A model generated the notes under the pieces. The model was not told the origin of the DNA and searched no databases. It saw only the letters and a program-made list of their open reading frames with translations. The position numbers were made by a program, and so were the translations under genes. This document shows positions 11,496-23,084 of a stretch of DNA of 64,000 bases, in pieces (positions within the stretch are counted from its first letter, which is position 1; every line of letters begins with the position of its first letter). Location: contig JARRLQ010000001.1 in NCBI GenBank assembly GCA_037386905.1, positions 5,947 through 69,946 on the forward strand, read 5' to 3'. This DNA comes from Woeseiaceae bacterium (GTDB lineage Bacteria > Pseudomonadota > Gammaproteobacteria > Steroidobacterales > Woeseiaceae).

Positions 11496-12815
11496 CTATT
11501 TGCCGTTGCAGAACTCGGAAAAGATGCGGCCTAGCAGGTCGTCCGACGACACGGCGCCGGTAATCTCTCCAAGGGCTTCCTGGGCGAGGCGCAGCTCTTC
11601 CGCGAGCAGCTCGCCGGCTTTCGTTTCCTCGAGCGCCTTGCGTCCGGCATCGAAATGATCAGCAGCCCGCCGCAAGGCATCCATATGACGCTTGCGCGTT
11701 GTGAACGCGCCTTCACCAAGGTTGCGATAGCCGGCAGCCTTGCGAAGCCGCTCCTGTAACGTGTCGATTCCGGCCCCGGTCTTTGCGGACAGGTAGACGA
11801 GTCCGTCGCGGTCACCCGCCTCGTCACCGCTGATGTCGATTTTGTTGCGTACCGTGATGATCTCGGCGCCATCCGGCACATCCTCATCGATCTCGCTTTC
11901 CAGGGGCGCGCTGGCGTCCTGAATCCACAGCACGGCATCTGCGCTTTTCAGCGCGTTGCGCGCGCGGCGAATGCCCTCTTCCTCGATTCGATCCGGGTCG
12001 TCGCGAAGGCCGGCTGTATCGACGAGTTCGACGGCAAGACCGTCGACGTTGATCTGCTCACGAAGAATGTCGCGCGTTGTTCCTGCAACCTCGGTAACGA
12101 TCGCCGCGTCTTCCCCGCTCAGGCGATTGAGCAGGCTCGATTTGCCGGCGTTCGGCTTGCCGACAATCACGGCGCGATAGCCGTCGCGGAGCACGCGGCC
12201 AATCCTGGCTTTGCTCTTGAGGTCATCGAATGCGGCCTGGCACGCGTCGATGCGCGCGAGCAGCTGATCGTCACTGAGAAAGTCGATCTCTTCTTCGGGA
12301 AAATCGATAGCTGCCTCGACATGCATGCGCAGGCGCACGAGCTGCTCGGCCAGCGCATCGACCGCCCTCGAAAAAGCCCCCGCCAGCGAATGAAGCGCCG
12401 CGCGCGCCGCCTGTTCGGTGCCGCTCGAGATCAGGTCGGCGATCGCCTCTGCCTGCGCCAGGTCAAGCTTGTCATTAAGAAAGGCCCGCTTCGTAAATTC
12501 GCCGGGTTCCGCGAGCCTCGCGCCGAGCTCGACAGCTGCGTCGAGAAGCATGGACATGACAACGGGCCCGCCATGCCCGTGAAGCTCGAGAACAGATTCT
12601 CCAGTGAATGAATGTGGTGCCGGGAAGTAAAGCGCCAGCCCGGAATCGAGCTCGTCACCCTGTTTGTTACGGAAGCTGCGGAATGTTGCCTCGCGTGGCA
12701 TCGGCAAGCCGCCGAGCATGCCGCGGGCGATTTCTTCGGTTTGCGGGCCTGACACGCGCACGATGCCGACACCGCCGACGCCGGGAGGCGTGGCCGTTGC
12801 AACGATCGTGTCCAT
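11496..12815 (-). CDS. mnmE: tRNA modification GTPase MnmE (TrmE)
   Basis: 439 aa. N-terminus MDTIVATATPPGVGGVGIVRVSG, G1 motif GKPNAGKSSLLN, and C-terminal FCNGK (canonical CIGK-type tail). Confidence 0.97.
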   Translation of the reverse strand: MDTIVATATPPGVGGVGIVRVSGPQTEEIARGMLGGLPMPREATFRSFRNKQGDELDSGLALYFPAPHSFTGESVLELHGHGGPVVMSMLLDAAVELGARLAEPGEFTKRAFLNDKLDLAQAEAIADLISSGTEQAARAALHSLAGAFSRAVDALAEQLVRLRMHVEAAIDFPEEEIDFLSDDQLLARIDACQAAFDDLKSKARIGRVLRDGYRAVIVGKPNAGKSSLLNRLSGEDAAIVTEVAGTTRDILREQINVDGLAVELVDTAGLRDDPDRIEEEGIRRARNALKSADAVLWIQDASAPLESEIDEDVPDGAEIITVRNKIDISGDEAGDRDGLVYLSAKTGAGIDTLQERLRKAAGYRNLGEGAFTTRKRHMDALRRAADHFDAGRKALEETKAGELLAEELRLAQEALGEITGAVSSDDLLGRIFSEFCNGK

Positions 12816-12830
12816 AGTCAGCGCGGCCGC

Positions 12831-14522
12831 TTACTTCTTGGCTTTCTTGCCGCCCTTCTGCTGCTTGGCCTCAGCCTCAACGACCTTGTTGATCTTCCAT
12901 TGCTGGGCGATCGACAGGACCGTGTTGGTTACCCAGTAGAGCACCAGGCCTGCGGGGAAGAAGGCGAACATCGCCGTGAAGATGATCGGCATGACCTGCA
13001 TGACCTTCATTTGCACAGGGTCGCCGACCTGCGGGTTCAGCTTCTGCTGGAAGAACATCGCCGCGCCCATGATGAGCGGCAGGATGAACAGCGGGTCACG
13101 CGATGACAGGTCCGTGATCCACAAAGCGAATGGCGCCTGGCGCATTTCGACGCTCTCGAGCAGTACCCAGTAGAACGCGAGGAAGAACGGCATCTGGATC
13201 AGGATCGGCAAACAACCGGCGGCCGGGTTCACTTTCTCCCGTTTGTACAGCTCCATCATTGCCTGGCTGAGCTGCTGACGATCGTCCTTGTAGCGCTCCT
13301 GCAGCGCCTTGAGGCGCGGCTGCAGATTGCGCATCTTCGCCATCGAGCGACCGCTCGACTCGGTGAGCTTGTAGAACAGCAGCTTGATCAGGACCGTAAC
13401 CATGATGATCGCGAGGCCCCAGTTGCCGACCAGGCTGTACGCATGGCTCAACAACCAGAACAGCGGCTGCGACAGTATCGTCAGCCAGCCGTAGTCGACC
13501 GTCAGCTTGAGGCTAGGCGTGATTTCCTCGAGCTGGTCCTGCAGCTTCGGGCCGACAAAGGCCGTCGTCGTGAACGTCCTTGACTCACCGGGTTTGACGA
13601 CCACGGCCTCGCCAATGGCGCTGCCGGTGGCGACATTGCCGCGCACCGAATAATTGTAACGCTGGCTCGTGCCGGCCTCGGGCACAACCGCATTAACAAA
13701 GTGATGCTGGATCGAGCCGACCCAGCCGTTGTCTGTTTTCAGCGATATCGGCCCGTCTTCGAGCAGGTCCTTGTGTCTGAATTTTTCCGACTTGTCGCCG
13801 TCATAGATGATGCTGCCGTCGGTGGAATATGAATCGACGTCGAACATCGAGCGCTTTATATCGAACGAGCGTCGTTGCAGCTGCGCGTATTCGGCGCCGC
13901 GCCAGGCAGCGTCGCTGTTATTGGTAACGGTCTGTTCGATATCGATGCGGTAGCTGCCACGCGTGAAGCGCAGGTTCTTCGTTACCGTGATGCCGGCGTC
14001 GTCGCTCCAGCTTAGCGGCACGACGAGCTCATCGGCGCTGCCGAGTTCGTAGCTCGACCGGCTGCTTGTAAACATCGCGCGGTGGTTCGGTTCCGGTGCC
14101 TCACCCGCGGCCCGAAGCCCGGTCTGTATTTTGCCGAGCGTGTCGCGGTCCGGGCTCAACAGGACAACGAGGTCAACCGGCTGGTCCTTGTGTACCGGGT
14201 ACGTGAGCAGCGTTGCGCCCTGCAGCGTGCCGCCCTCGAGGCTGATCTTCACGTCCAGGACATCGGTGCGCGCGCGAATAGTCGGTGCCGCCGTTGTTTC
14301 GGCGGGCGCAGGCTCGCCTTCAATTGCCGGCATCGCGTCGGTCGCATCATCGACCGGGTCGCTGAGCGCCGGCAGCTCATCTTCGACTGGCTCGAGCTCA
14401 ACCGTTTCCGCTGCCGGTTGCGCCTCTACCGGCGTGGGCCCGTACTCTTCATTCCATGTCTGCCACGTCACCCACGCGAGCATCAGGAAAACACCCCAAA
14501 CTAGTAGTCTCTGATTATCCAT
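12831..14522 (-). CDS. yidC: membrane protein insertase YidC
   Basis: Start chosen at MDNQRLLVWGVFLMLAWVTWQTW (ATG 14522). It has a large periplasmic domain and a conserved C-terminal core (NPAAGCLPILIQMPFFLAFYWVL) with a basic tail. Confidence 0.95.
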   Translation of the reverse strand: MDNQRLLVWGVFLMLAWVTWQTWNEEYGPTPVEAQPAAETVELEPVEDELPALSDPVDDATDAMPAIEGEPAPAETTAAPTIRARTDVLDVKISLEGGTLQGATLLTYPVHKDQPVDLVVLLSPDRDTLGKIQTGLRAAGEAPEPNHRAMFTSSRSSYELGSADELVVPLSWSDDAGITVTKNLRFTRGSYRIDIEQTVTNNSDAAWRGAEYAQLQRRSFDIKRSMFDVDSYSTDGSIIYDGDKSEKFRHKDLLEDGPISLKTDNGWVGSIQHHFVNAVVPEAGTSQRYNYSVRGNVATGSAIGEAVVVKPGESRTFTTTAFVGPKLQDQLEEITPSLKLTVDYGWLTILSQPLFWLLSHAYSLVGNWGLAIIMVTVLIKLLFYKLTESSGRSMAKMRNLQPRLKALQERYKDDRQQLSQAMMELYKREKVNPAAGCLPILIQMPFFLAFYWVLLESVEMRQAPFALWITDLSSRDPLFILPLIMGAAMFFQQKLNPQVGDPVQMKVMQVMPIIFTAMFAFFPAGLVLYWVTNTVLSIAQQWKINKVVEAEAKQQKGGKKAKK

Positions 14523-14907
14523 CGTTGTCTTTCCTGCGCGCGTCGCTGCCTCTGGCTTTCTGGCATCGCTGCCAGTGCGCCGCCATGCTGTCGAACAGCT
14601 GCCGGTTAGCGGCACTGGTCGCGGCCGGCTGATTGATTACGACGACATCGAGGCCGCCGAGTTCAGCCTGGTGTTGCCGGAACGACTCCCTGACAACGCG
14701 CTTGATTCTGTTCCTGCCGGTAGCAAACCGGCAATGCTTTTTCGAGATTGCCAGGCCGAGCCTCGCAATATCCTTGTCGTTCTCCCGGCAAAGTACCGTA
14801 AACCATTTGTCGCGGCTACGCGTTGCTTTTTTGAACACGCGGCCGAACGCCGCAGCGTTCAGTAGCCGGTTTTCTTTTTGGAGCCGGTAGAGTGAGCTGC
14901 CAGCCAA
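14515..14907 (-). CDS. rnpA: ribonuclease P protein component
   Basis: 130-aa basic protein (RLLNAAAFGRVFKKATR, LGLAISKKHCRFATGRNRIKRVVRE) in the canonical position between rpmH and yidC. It overlaps the yidC start by 8 nt. Confidence 0.9.
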   Translation of the reverse strand: MAGSSLYRLQKENRLLNAAAFGRVFKKATRSRDKWFTVLCRENDKDIARLGLAISKKHCRFATGRNRIKRVVRESFRQHQAELGGLDVVVINQPAATSAANRQLFDSMAAHWQRCQKARGSDARRKDNDG

Positions 14908-14931
14908 GAGAAGGGTTTTATTTGCTGAGTC

Positions 14932-15069
14932 TTACTGGGGCGTGAGCTTGGCGCGGCCTTTGGCGCGGCGGCGCTTCAAAACGAGGCGCCCGGCTTTCGT
15001 CGCCATACGGGCACGAAAACCGTGTGTGCGTGCACGCTTGATCTTGCTCGGCTGATACGTACGTTTCAT
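14932..15069 (-). CDS. rpmH: 50S ribosomal protein L34
   Basis: [45 protein letters not shown] is a 45-aa canonical L34. The longer 81-aa ORF is an upstream extension. Confidence 0.97.
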   Translation of the reverse strand: MKRTYQPSKIKRARTHGFRARMATKAGRLVLKRRRAKGRAKLTPQ

Positions 15070-15304
15070 TTGCCTGGTACCTGGGTTTTCTGCTGGCCAC
15101 TCAATGACCTGCGTTCCGGAAGGGCGGCAAGGGTACGCACATGACAATACAGTGTCAATAGAGCGCCTCGGGTCCATATATAATGCCCGCCGGACTTATA
15201 TGCAGATACCGATCTGGCGGCGTTCTAACAGACGTTATAGACTGCCGGGTCTTCATACTAATAACTAATCTTTGATCAGTTTGGGGACTCAATTGGCAGC
15301 CGGG

Positions 15305-16633
15305 ATGACGCTCTGGAATCGCTGCGTCCGCGACCTCCAGGCGGAGCTGCCCGAACAGGATTTCAACACCTGGATCCGGCCTCTGCAGGCAGTGGAGGAC
15401 GGCGATGTGTTGCGCCTGCTCGCGCCGAACAGGTTCGTTGTCGACTGGCTGCAGCAACACTACATGAGCCGCATCCTCGAGATTATTGCCAGCCATGGGC
15501 TGTCTCCGGAGGTTGTCGTCGAGGTCGGTTCCCGCCAGGTTAGCCCGCCGCCGCCCAGCAACATGCGCCCACGGCCGGTTGCCGCGACCAACCAGCCGGC
15601 ACCGATGGCCATTGAGTCGCGGCTCAATACCTCGTTTACTTTCGACGCCTTCGTCGAGGGCAAGAGCAACCAGCTGGCGAAGGCGGCCGCGACCCAGGTC
15701 GGCCAGAATCCGGGCAAATCCTATAACCCGCTCTTTATTTATGGCGGCGTTGGTCTCGGCAAGACGCACCTGATGCAGGCGGTCGGCACCGCAATGTTGA
15801 CGGAGAACCCGAAGGCCCGCGTTGCCTATGTCCACTCGGAGAAGTTCGTCGGCGACATGGTGCGGGGTCTGCAGCACAATACGATTTCCGAATTCAAGCG
15901 CAGTTATCGGTCGCTCGACGCGCTGCTCATTGACGACATTCAGTTTTTCGCCGGCAAGGAGCGCTCCCAGGAAGAGTTTTTCCATACCTTCAATGCCCTG
16001 CTCGAGGGGCAGCGGCAGATCGTGCTCACCTGTGACCGTTACCCGAAAGAGGTTAACGGGCTCGAGGAGCGGCTCAAATCACGTTTCGGCTGGGGCCTTA
16101 CCGTCGCGATAGAGCCGCCGGAGCTGGAAACGTCTGTCGCAATCCTGATGAGCAAGGCCGCAGCGGAAAACATCGACCTGCCAGAGGAAGTGGCATTTTT
16201 CATCGCCAAGCGCATTCGCTCCAATGTGCGCGAGCTGGAGGGCGCCCTGCGCCGGGTGATTGCCAACTCGCGCTTCACGGAACGGCCAATCGACCTCGAT
16301 TTCGCGAAGGAGGCGTTGCGCGACCTGCTGGCGCTGCAGGCCAGGCTCGTCTCGATTGAAAACATTCAGAAAACCGTCGCGGACTACTTCAAGATTCGCG
16401 TCGGTGACTTGTTGTCGAAGCGGCGCAGCCGCTCGATCGCGCGGCCGCGTCAGTTCGCCATGGCCTTGTCCAAGGAATTGACCAATCACAGCCTGCCCGA
16501 AATCGGTGACGCTTTCGGCGGGCGTGACCACACGACCGTCCTGCACGGTTGCCGTCGAATCGAAGAGTTGCGCGAAATGGACAAACGCATCGATGATGAC
16601 TATTTGAATTTGTTGAGAACCCTGACAGGATGA
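15305..16633 (+). CDS. dnaA: chromosomal replication initiator protein DnaA
   Basis: [31 protein letters not shown]+ Walker [14 protein letters not shown], and a C-terminal DNA-binding helix ([14 protein letters not shown]). ATG 15305 is preferred over the upstream TTG at 15272. Confidence 0.97.
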   Translation: MTLWNRCVRDLQAELPEQDFNTWIRPLQAVEDGDVLRLLAPNRFVVDWLQQHYMSRILEIIASHGLSPEVVVEVGSRQVSPPPPSNMRPRPVAATNQPAPMAIESRLNTSFTFDAFVEGKSNQLAKAAATQVGQNPGKSYNPLFIYGGVGLGKTHLMQAVGTAMLTENPKARVAYVHSEKFVGDMVRGLQHNTISEFKRSYRSLDALLIDDIQFFAGKERSQEEFFHTFNALLEGQRQIVLTCDRYPKEVNGLEERLKSRFGWGLTVAIEPPELETSVAILMSKAAAENIDLPEEVAFFIAKRIRSNVRELEGALRRVIANSRFTERPIDLDFAKEALRDLLALQARLVSIENIQKTVADYFKIRVGDLLSKRRSRSIARPRQFAMALSKELTNHSLPEIGDAFGGRDHTTVLHGCRRIEELREMDKRIDDDYLNLLRTLTG

Positions 16634-16841
16634 TGTGGATAACTCGTGGATAAACCCGCCACGCAAATTTATCCACAGGCTACGCACAGCTACAGGTTAG
16701 TTGGTACACCAAGTCGCCCGTTTGGTTTCGTGTTGTAAGTTATTGTTTTATAAGGTGTTTGTTAAGTTATCCACAGGATCGGTGGCGCCTAATAATAACA
16801 ATAAAAGATCTATATCCATATTTTATTAACAGGTGGAATCT
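16634..16841. other. candidate replication origin (oriC) / DnaA-box cluster in the dnaA-dnaN intergenic region
   Basis: Perfect DnaA boxes lie at 16634-16642 (TGTGGATAA), 16669-16677 and 16767-16775 (TTATCCACA). A one-mismatch box lies at 16645-16653 (CGTGGATAA). An AT-rich stretch at 16790-16830 contains GATCTATATCCATATTTTATT and two GATC sites. Confidence 0.55.
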
Positions 16842-17936
16842 ATGAAGTTTAGTGCTGCTCGGGACGTGCTGTTGAAGCCCCTCCAGGCGGTTATTGGTGT
16901 TGTCGAGCGACGCCAGACAATGCCGATACTTTCAAACGTGCTGCTGGTCGCCAAGGGAAACGAGCTGGCCGTAACGGCCACGGATCTCGAAGTAGAGCTC
17001 GTGGCACAGGCCGACGTGTCCGTAGAGGCTCCCGGGGAAATCACGGTATCAGGGCGCAAGCTGCTCGATATCTGCCGCGCATTGCCGGATGGCTCGAATA
17101 TTGACATCAGCCTCAGTGGCGAGAAGGTGGTTGTAAAGTCCGGGCGCAGCAAGTTCAGCCTGGCCACCTTGCCGGCTGCGGAGTTTCCATCCGTCGAGGA
17201 CATCAAGGCCGGGCAAATGATCGAAGTCGAGCAGTCCGTGCTGGGCAGGCTCATCGAAAAGACGCACTTTTCCATGGCGCAACAGGATGTTCGCTACTAC
17301 CTGAACGGCATGTTGCTGGAAACCGGCGGCAAGCATCTGCGGGCAGTTGCCACGGACGGCCATCGGTTGGCACTGGCGGAGGCCGAGCTGGGTGGTTCCA
17401 TGGACGAGCAACAGGTCATCGTGCCGCGCAAAGGCGTGCTCGAGCTGCAGCGGCTCATGAGTGGTGAGGGGTCGGTGAACCTGGAGCTGGGACCGAACCA
17501 CGTGCGCATTCGGCTGGACAATATTCGCTTCACGTCGAAACTCATCGATGGCCGCTTCCCGGAGTACGAGCGCGTGATTCCCAAAGAATCGAGCAACGAA
17601 CTGACGGCGGAGCGCGAGTCATTCCGTGGCGCATTACAGCGCACCGCGATTCTCTCCAACGAGAAATACCGCGGCATTCGCCTGATCATTCGGGACAGCG
17701 GTGTCGTTATGCAGGCGCACAACCCGGAGCAGGAAGAGGCTGAAGAAGAGCTCGAAGTCGTCTACAGTGGCGAGGACATCGAAATCGGCTTCAACGTGAA
17801 TTACCTGCTGGACGCATTGGGCGCCGTGGACGGTGACGAAGTGACGCTGTCAGTGCTCGATGGCAACTCGAGCTGCCTGATTCGCAAGCCGGGCTCTGAC
17901 GACTGCAAGTTTGTCGTCATGCCGATGCGCCTGTAA
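16842..17936 (+). CDS. dnaN: DNA polymerase III beta sliding clamp
   Basis: MKFSAARDVLLKPLQAVIGVVERRQTMPILSNVLL, ending VVMPMRL. The AGGTGG Shine-Dalgarno sits 5 nt upstream of ATG 16842. Confidence 0.97.
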   Translation: MKFSAARDVLLKPLQAVIGVVERRQTMPILSNVLLVAKGNELAVTATDLEVELVAQADVSVEAPGEITVSGRKLLDICRALPDGSNIDISLSGEKVVVKSGRSKFSLATLPAAEFPSVEDIKAGQMIEVEQSVLGRLIEKTHFSMAQQDVRYYLNGMLLETGGKHLRAVATDGHRLALAEAELGGSMDEQQVIVPRKGVLELQRLMSGEGSVNLELGPNHVRIRLDNIRFTSKLIDGRFPEYERVIPKESSNELTAERESFRGALQRTAILSNEKYRGIRLIIRDSGVVMQAHNPEQEEAEEELEVVYSGEDIEIGFNVNYLLDALGAVDGDEVTLSVLDGNSSCLIRKPGSDDCKFVVMPMRL

Positions 17937-17999
17937 GAGCGGTTGATGGGAGCAGCCCGTAGCAGCGGCTCGTGGAAGCGGCTCTAGCCGCGACAGGAA

Positions 18000-19067
18000 A
18001 TGCCCATCCTGGAGTTCTCGGCGCAGAACTTTCGCTGCCTGGAAAAGATCGAGTTCGAGGCCGACGCCGGCTTCAATCTGATTGTCGGGGAAAACGCCTC
18101 CGGCAAGACCAGCATTCTTGAAGCGATCGCCTACCTGGGTCGCGGCAAGTCTTTTCGGGGCGCACCAACAAGCAATCTCATACGGCATGGCGAAAAGGAA
18201 TTTGTGCTATTTGGCCGCGTCGGTGGCGACGGACGCACCAGCAATGTCGGGGTGCGCAACAGCGCCGCCGGGCTCGAGGTCCGTATCGACGGTGACTCGT
18301 CAGGCGGCGCCGCGGAGCTGGCCGCCGCATTGCCGCTGCAGATCATCGATCCCGACGTACACAACCTGGTGGCTGGGGCGCCCGAGGAGCGGCGGCGCTA
18401 TCTCGACTGGATAGCGTTCCACGTGGAACACAGCTACCTGGCCTCGTGGCGGCGCTTTCGCAGGGCGCTCAAGCAGCGCAACGCTGCCCTCAAATCCGGG
18501 CAGGCAGCGGCGACGATCAGCGGCTGGAACGCGGAGTTTGTCGAGCTCGCGGCCGAAATTGACGCCGGGCGGCGCCTGGCCCTCGAGGCGGCTACCGAGG
18601 CACTGGAGGAGGCCGGGCTTGACCTGCTTGGTAGCGAGGTGCGCTTCGAATACCGGCAAGGCTGGAAAGATGCAACAGGGCTGCTGGAGGTGCTGGAGGC
18701 GGGGCTCGAGCGCGACCGGCTACAGGGCAGCACGCAGATGGGGCCACACCGCGCCGATGTCAGGCTTATTTACGATGAGCGCCAGGCACGCAAACTCGTG
18801 TCTCGCGGCCAGCAAAAGCTGCTGGCGTGCGCGATGATCCTGGCCGCAACGGAAACGGCGCAGACAGCGCTGGGGCGGCCATTGCTGCTGCTGCTGGATG
18901 ATCCGGCCGCTGAGCTCGACGGCAACTCGCTGGCGCGGCTGATGGCCCGCGTGACTAATCTCGGTGGACAGGTGATTGCGACCGCCTTACAGGCGGAGCC
19001 GGCTATTTTTGGCGGCGCGGGCGCGATGTTTCACGTGGAACACGGGGCCCTCGAAAGGGTCTCCTGA
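18000..19067 (+). CDS. recF: DNA replication and repair protein RecF
   Basis: N-terminal Walker A in FNLIVGENASGKTSILEAI, signature SRGQQKLLACAMILA, Walker B LLLLDDPAAELD. Confidence 0.95.
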   Translation: MPILEFSAQNFRCLEKIEFEADAGFNLIVGENASGKTSILEAIAYLGRGKSFRGAPTSNLIRHGEKEFVLFGRVGGDGRTSNVGVRNSAAGLEVRIDGDSSGGAAELAAALPLQIIDPDVHNLVAGAPEERRRYLDWIAFHVEHSYLASWRRFRRALKQRNAALKSGQAAATISGWNAEFVELAAEIDAGRRLALEAATEALEEAGLDLLGSEVRFEYRQGWKDATGLLEVLEAGLERDRLQGSTQMGPHRADVRLIYDERQARKLVSRGQQKLLACAMILAATETAQTALGRPLLLLLDDPAAELDGNSLARLMARVTNLGGQVIATALQAEPAIFGGAGAMFHVEHGALERVS

Positions 19068-19141
19068 CGACCGGGTTGCCAGCGGCACCCCGGGGCCCTC
19101 GCGGTGGCGCCGCAGAACCCCCAAAATCCTATAAAAAATAA

Positions 19142-21646
<2,505 letters not shown>

Positions 21647-21650
21647 GTCG

Positions 21651-22586
21651 ATGGTCCGCAAGCGCTTACTGATACACGCAGCCTTCCTGTTTCTGCTCCC
21701 GGTCGTTGTGGCCTGGTTCGGGCTGGGCATGGGCACGACGATCGGCCTTGTCCTGTTGATGCTGCTGTGGCGCTGGCTCATCGTCATGAGCGGCATAGTG
21801 CGCCCGGAGAAAACAGCGGAGATCACGCTCGAAACCATTTCGCTCAGCCACTTTGCTGAAAAGGTACGGTGGTGCATGGACCGGCTGGGCATCGACTATG
21901 TGGAGAACCAGCACGGCGGGACGATGGGTGCGTACTTCACCGGGCGCTCGGTGCCACAGCTGCGCATTCGCACCGGCATCGTGCAAAGCATTATCGGCAA
22001 TTCGCCGGAGATCCTGCGCTTTCTGTGGGGTAATTAGTCGGCAACGCACGACACCGAATTTCTTGCCCCGACGCCGGAGCGCGTCGAACTCGAAAAGCGG
22101 CTCGACCGCTATGCGCGCTTCCTGCAGGTCTGGATCTACTATCATTTGCGCAACGAAAAAGAGCTGTTGCTGCACGCCTGGGGTGCCGACGACCCGAAAG
22201 TGCCCGGCTGGCAGCGCCTGCTTTTGCCCTTGTTGCGCCCGCTCCTGATCCGGCTGGTCTGCAGAAGCTTCCGCGTCAATGACGAACACTATGCCAAGGC
22301 AATGCACAACTTTGACGAGCTGCTGGCAGACATCGATACGCGCCTCGCGGACGGTCGCCGCTCGATCCTTGGCGGTGACACGATCAACTACACTGATATT
22401 ACGTTTGCATCGTTTTGCGGCCTGTGGGCGCAATGTGAGGGCTATGGCGGCGGCATGGCGGATGACTGCCGCATTGAGCGAGAGGATATGCCGGCCGCCA
22501 TGCAGACCGACATCAAGCGCTGGGTTGAGGATTATCCCAGGGCAACGAGATTCATCGAAGAACTTTATGTTGCTGAACGCAACTGA
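21651..22586 (+). pseudogene. membrane-anchored glutathione S-transferase-like protein interrupted by one in-frame TAG (22035-22037)
   Basis: ORFs 21651-22037 and 22146-22586 are in the same frame, and the only stop between them is the TAG at 22035. Read-through gives a continuous 311-codon sequence (...EILRFLWGN*SATHDTEFLAPTPERVELEKRLDRYARFLQVWIYYHLRNEKE...). The first half looks like a GST N-terminal thioredoxin-fold domain preceded by TM helices. Confidence 0.6.
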
Positions 22587-22607
22587 CGCAAAAGTGTCGA
22601 AGAAGAT

Positions 22608-23027
22608 ATGAAGACGATAATTGCTGTATTAGCACTGGCGCTCCTGGCCGGCTGTGCCGGGCAGGACGAGAAGGAAACGACCTCGACGCAGGACATGAAC
22701 CAGGCCGTCAGGGATTTTATTGAAGTGCGTAATCTCGAAGAGCTCGACGCGCTCAAGTCGGGCAACAATGACAGCTGGCGCGCCGTCGGCGACACCTTCG
22801 TCATCTATTCGGGCAGGCGGGAAGAATATCTCGTCGAGTTCGCACGGCGCTGTCACGAGCTCCGCGACAATTCTCGCATAACGCCGGACAAGCGCTGGGA
22901 CACAAACCGGGTTCGCGCCAGGTTTGACACGATTCGCGGTTGCCGAATCGCTCACATCTACGCGCTCAACGAAGCCGAGGTCGCGGAACTCAAGAATATC
23001 GGGGAGGCACCCGGAAGCCGGAACTAG
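22608..23027 (+). CDS. hypothetical lipoprotein
   Basis: Lipobox in MKTIIAVLALALLAGCAG. 139 aa. I recognise no family. Confidence 0.6.
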   Translation: MKTIIAVLALALLAGCAGQDEKETTSTQDMNQAVRDFIEVRNLEELDALKSGNNDSWRAVGDTFVIYSGRREEYLVEFARRCHELRDNSRITPDKRWDTNRVRARFDTIRGCRIAHIYALNEAEVAELKNIGEAPGSRN

Positions 23028-23084
23028 ACTTCCGACGGGCCGTTTCCATTCTGTATTGCGGTAACGACCGCCAAGGGGATTGTT

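Noticed and set aside
14515-14620. Expected yidD (membrane protein insertion efficiency factor) between rnpA and yidC
   Set aside because: rnpA overlaps the yidC start by 8 nt, and no frame here encodes the conserved YidD CRF-P-CS motif. The gene is simply absent from this locus and cannot be called.
15070-15304. rpmH-dnaA spacer as the replication origin (Pseudomonas-type location)
   Set aside because: I found no 9/9 or 8/9 match to TTATCCACA. The best candidate, TTATATGCA, has three mismatches. The dnaA-dnaN spacer carries the box cluster instead. This spacer probably holds only the dnaA promoter.
22035-22037. Programmed recoding (pyrrolysine or suppression) of the in-frame TAG in the GST-like gene
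   Set aside because: No pyl genes or recoding signals are visible, and this would not be expected in this lineage. A pseudogene or a sequencing error is far more likely, so it is reported only as an interrupted gene.
21651-22586. Treating 21651-22037 and 22146-22586 as two independent genes
   Set aside because: They share a frame with a single stop between them. The second would start at a TTG with no Shine-Dalgarno and would lack the N-terminal GST domain. A single disrupted gene is the simpler interpretation.
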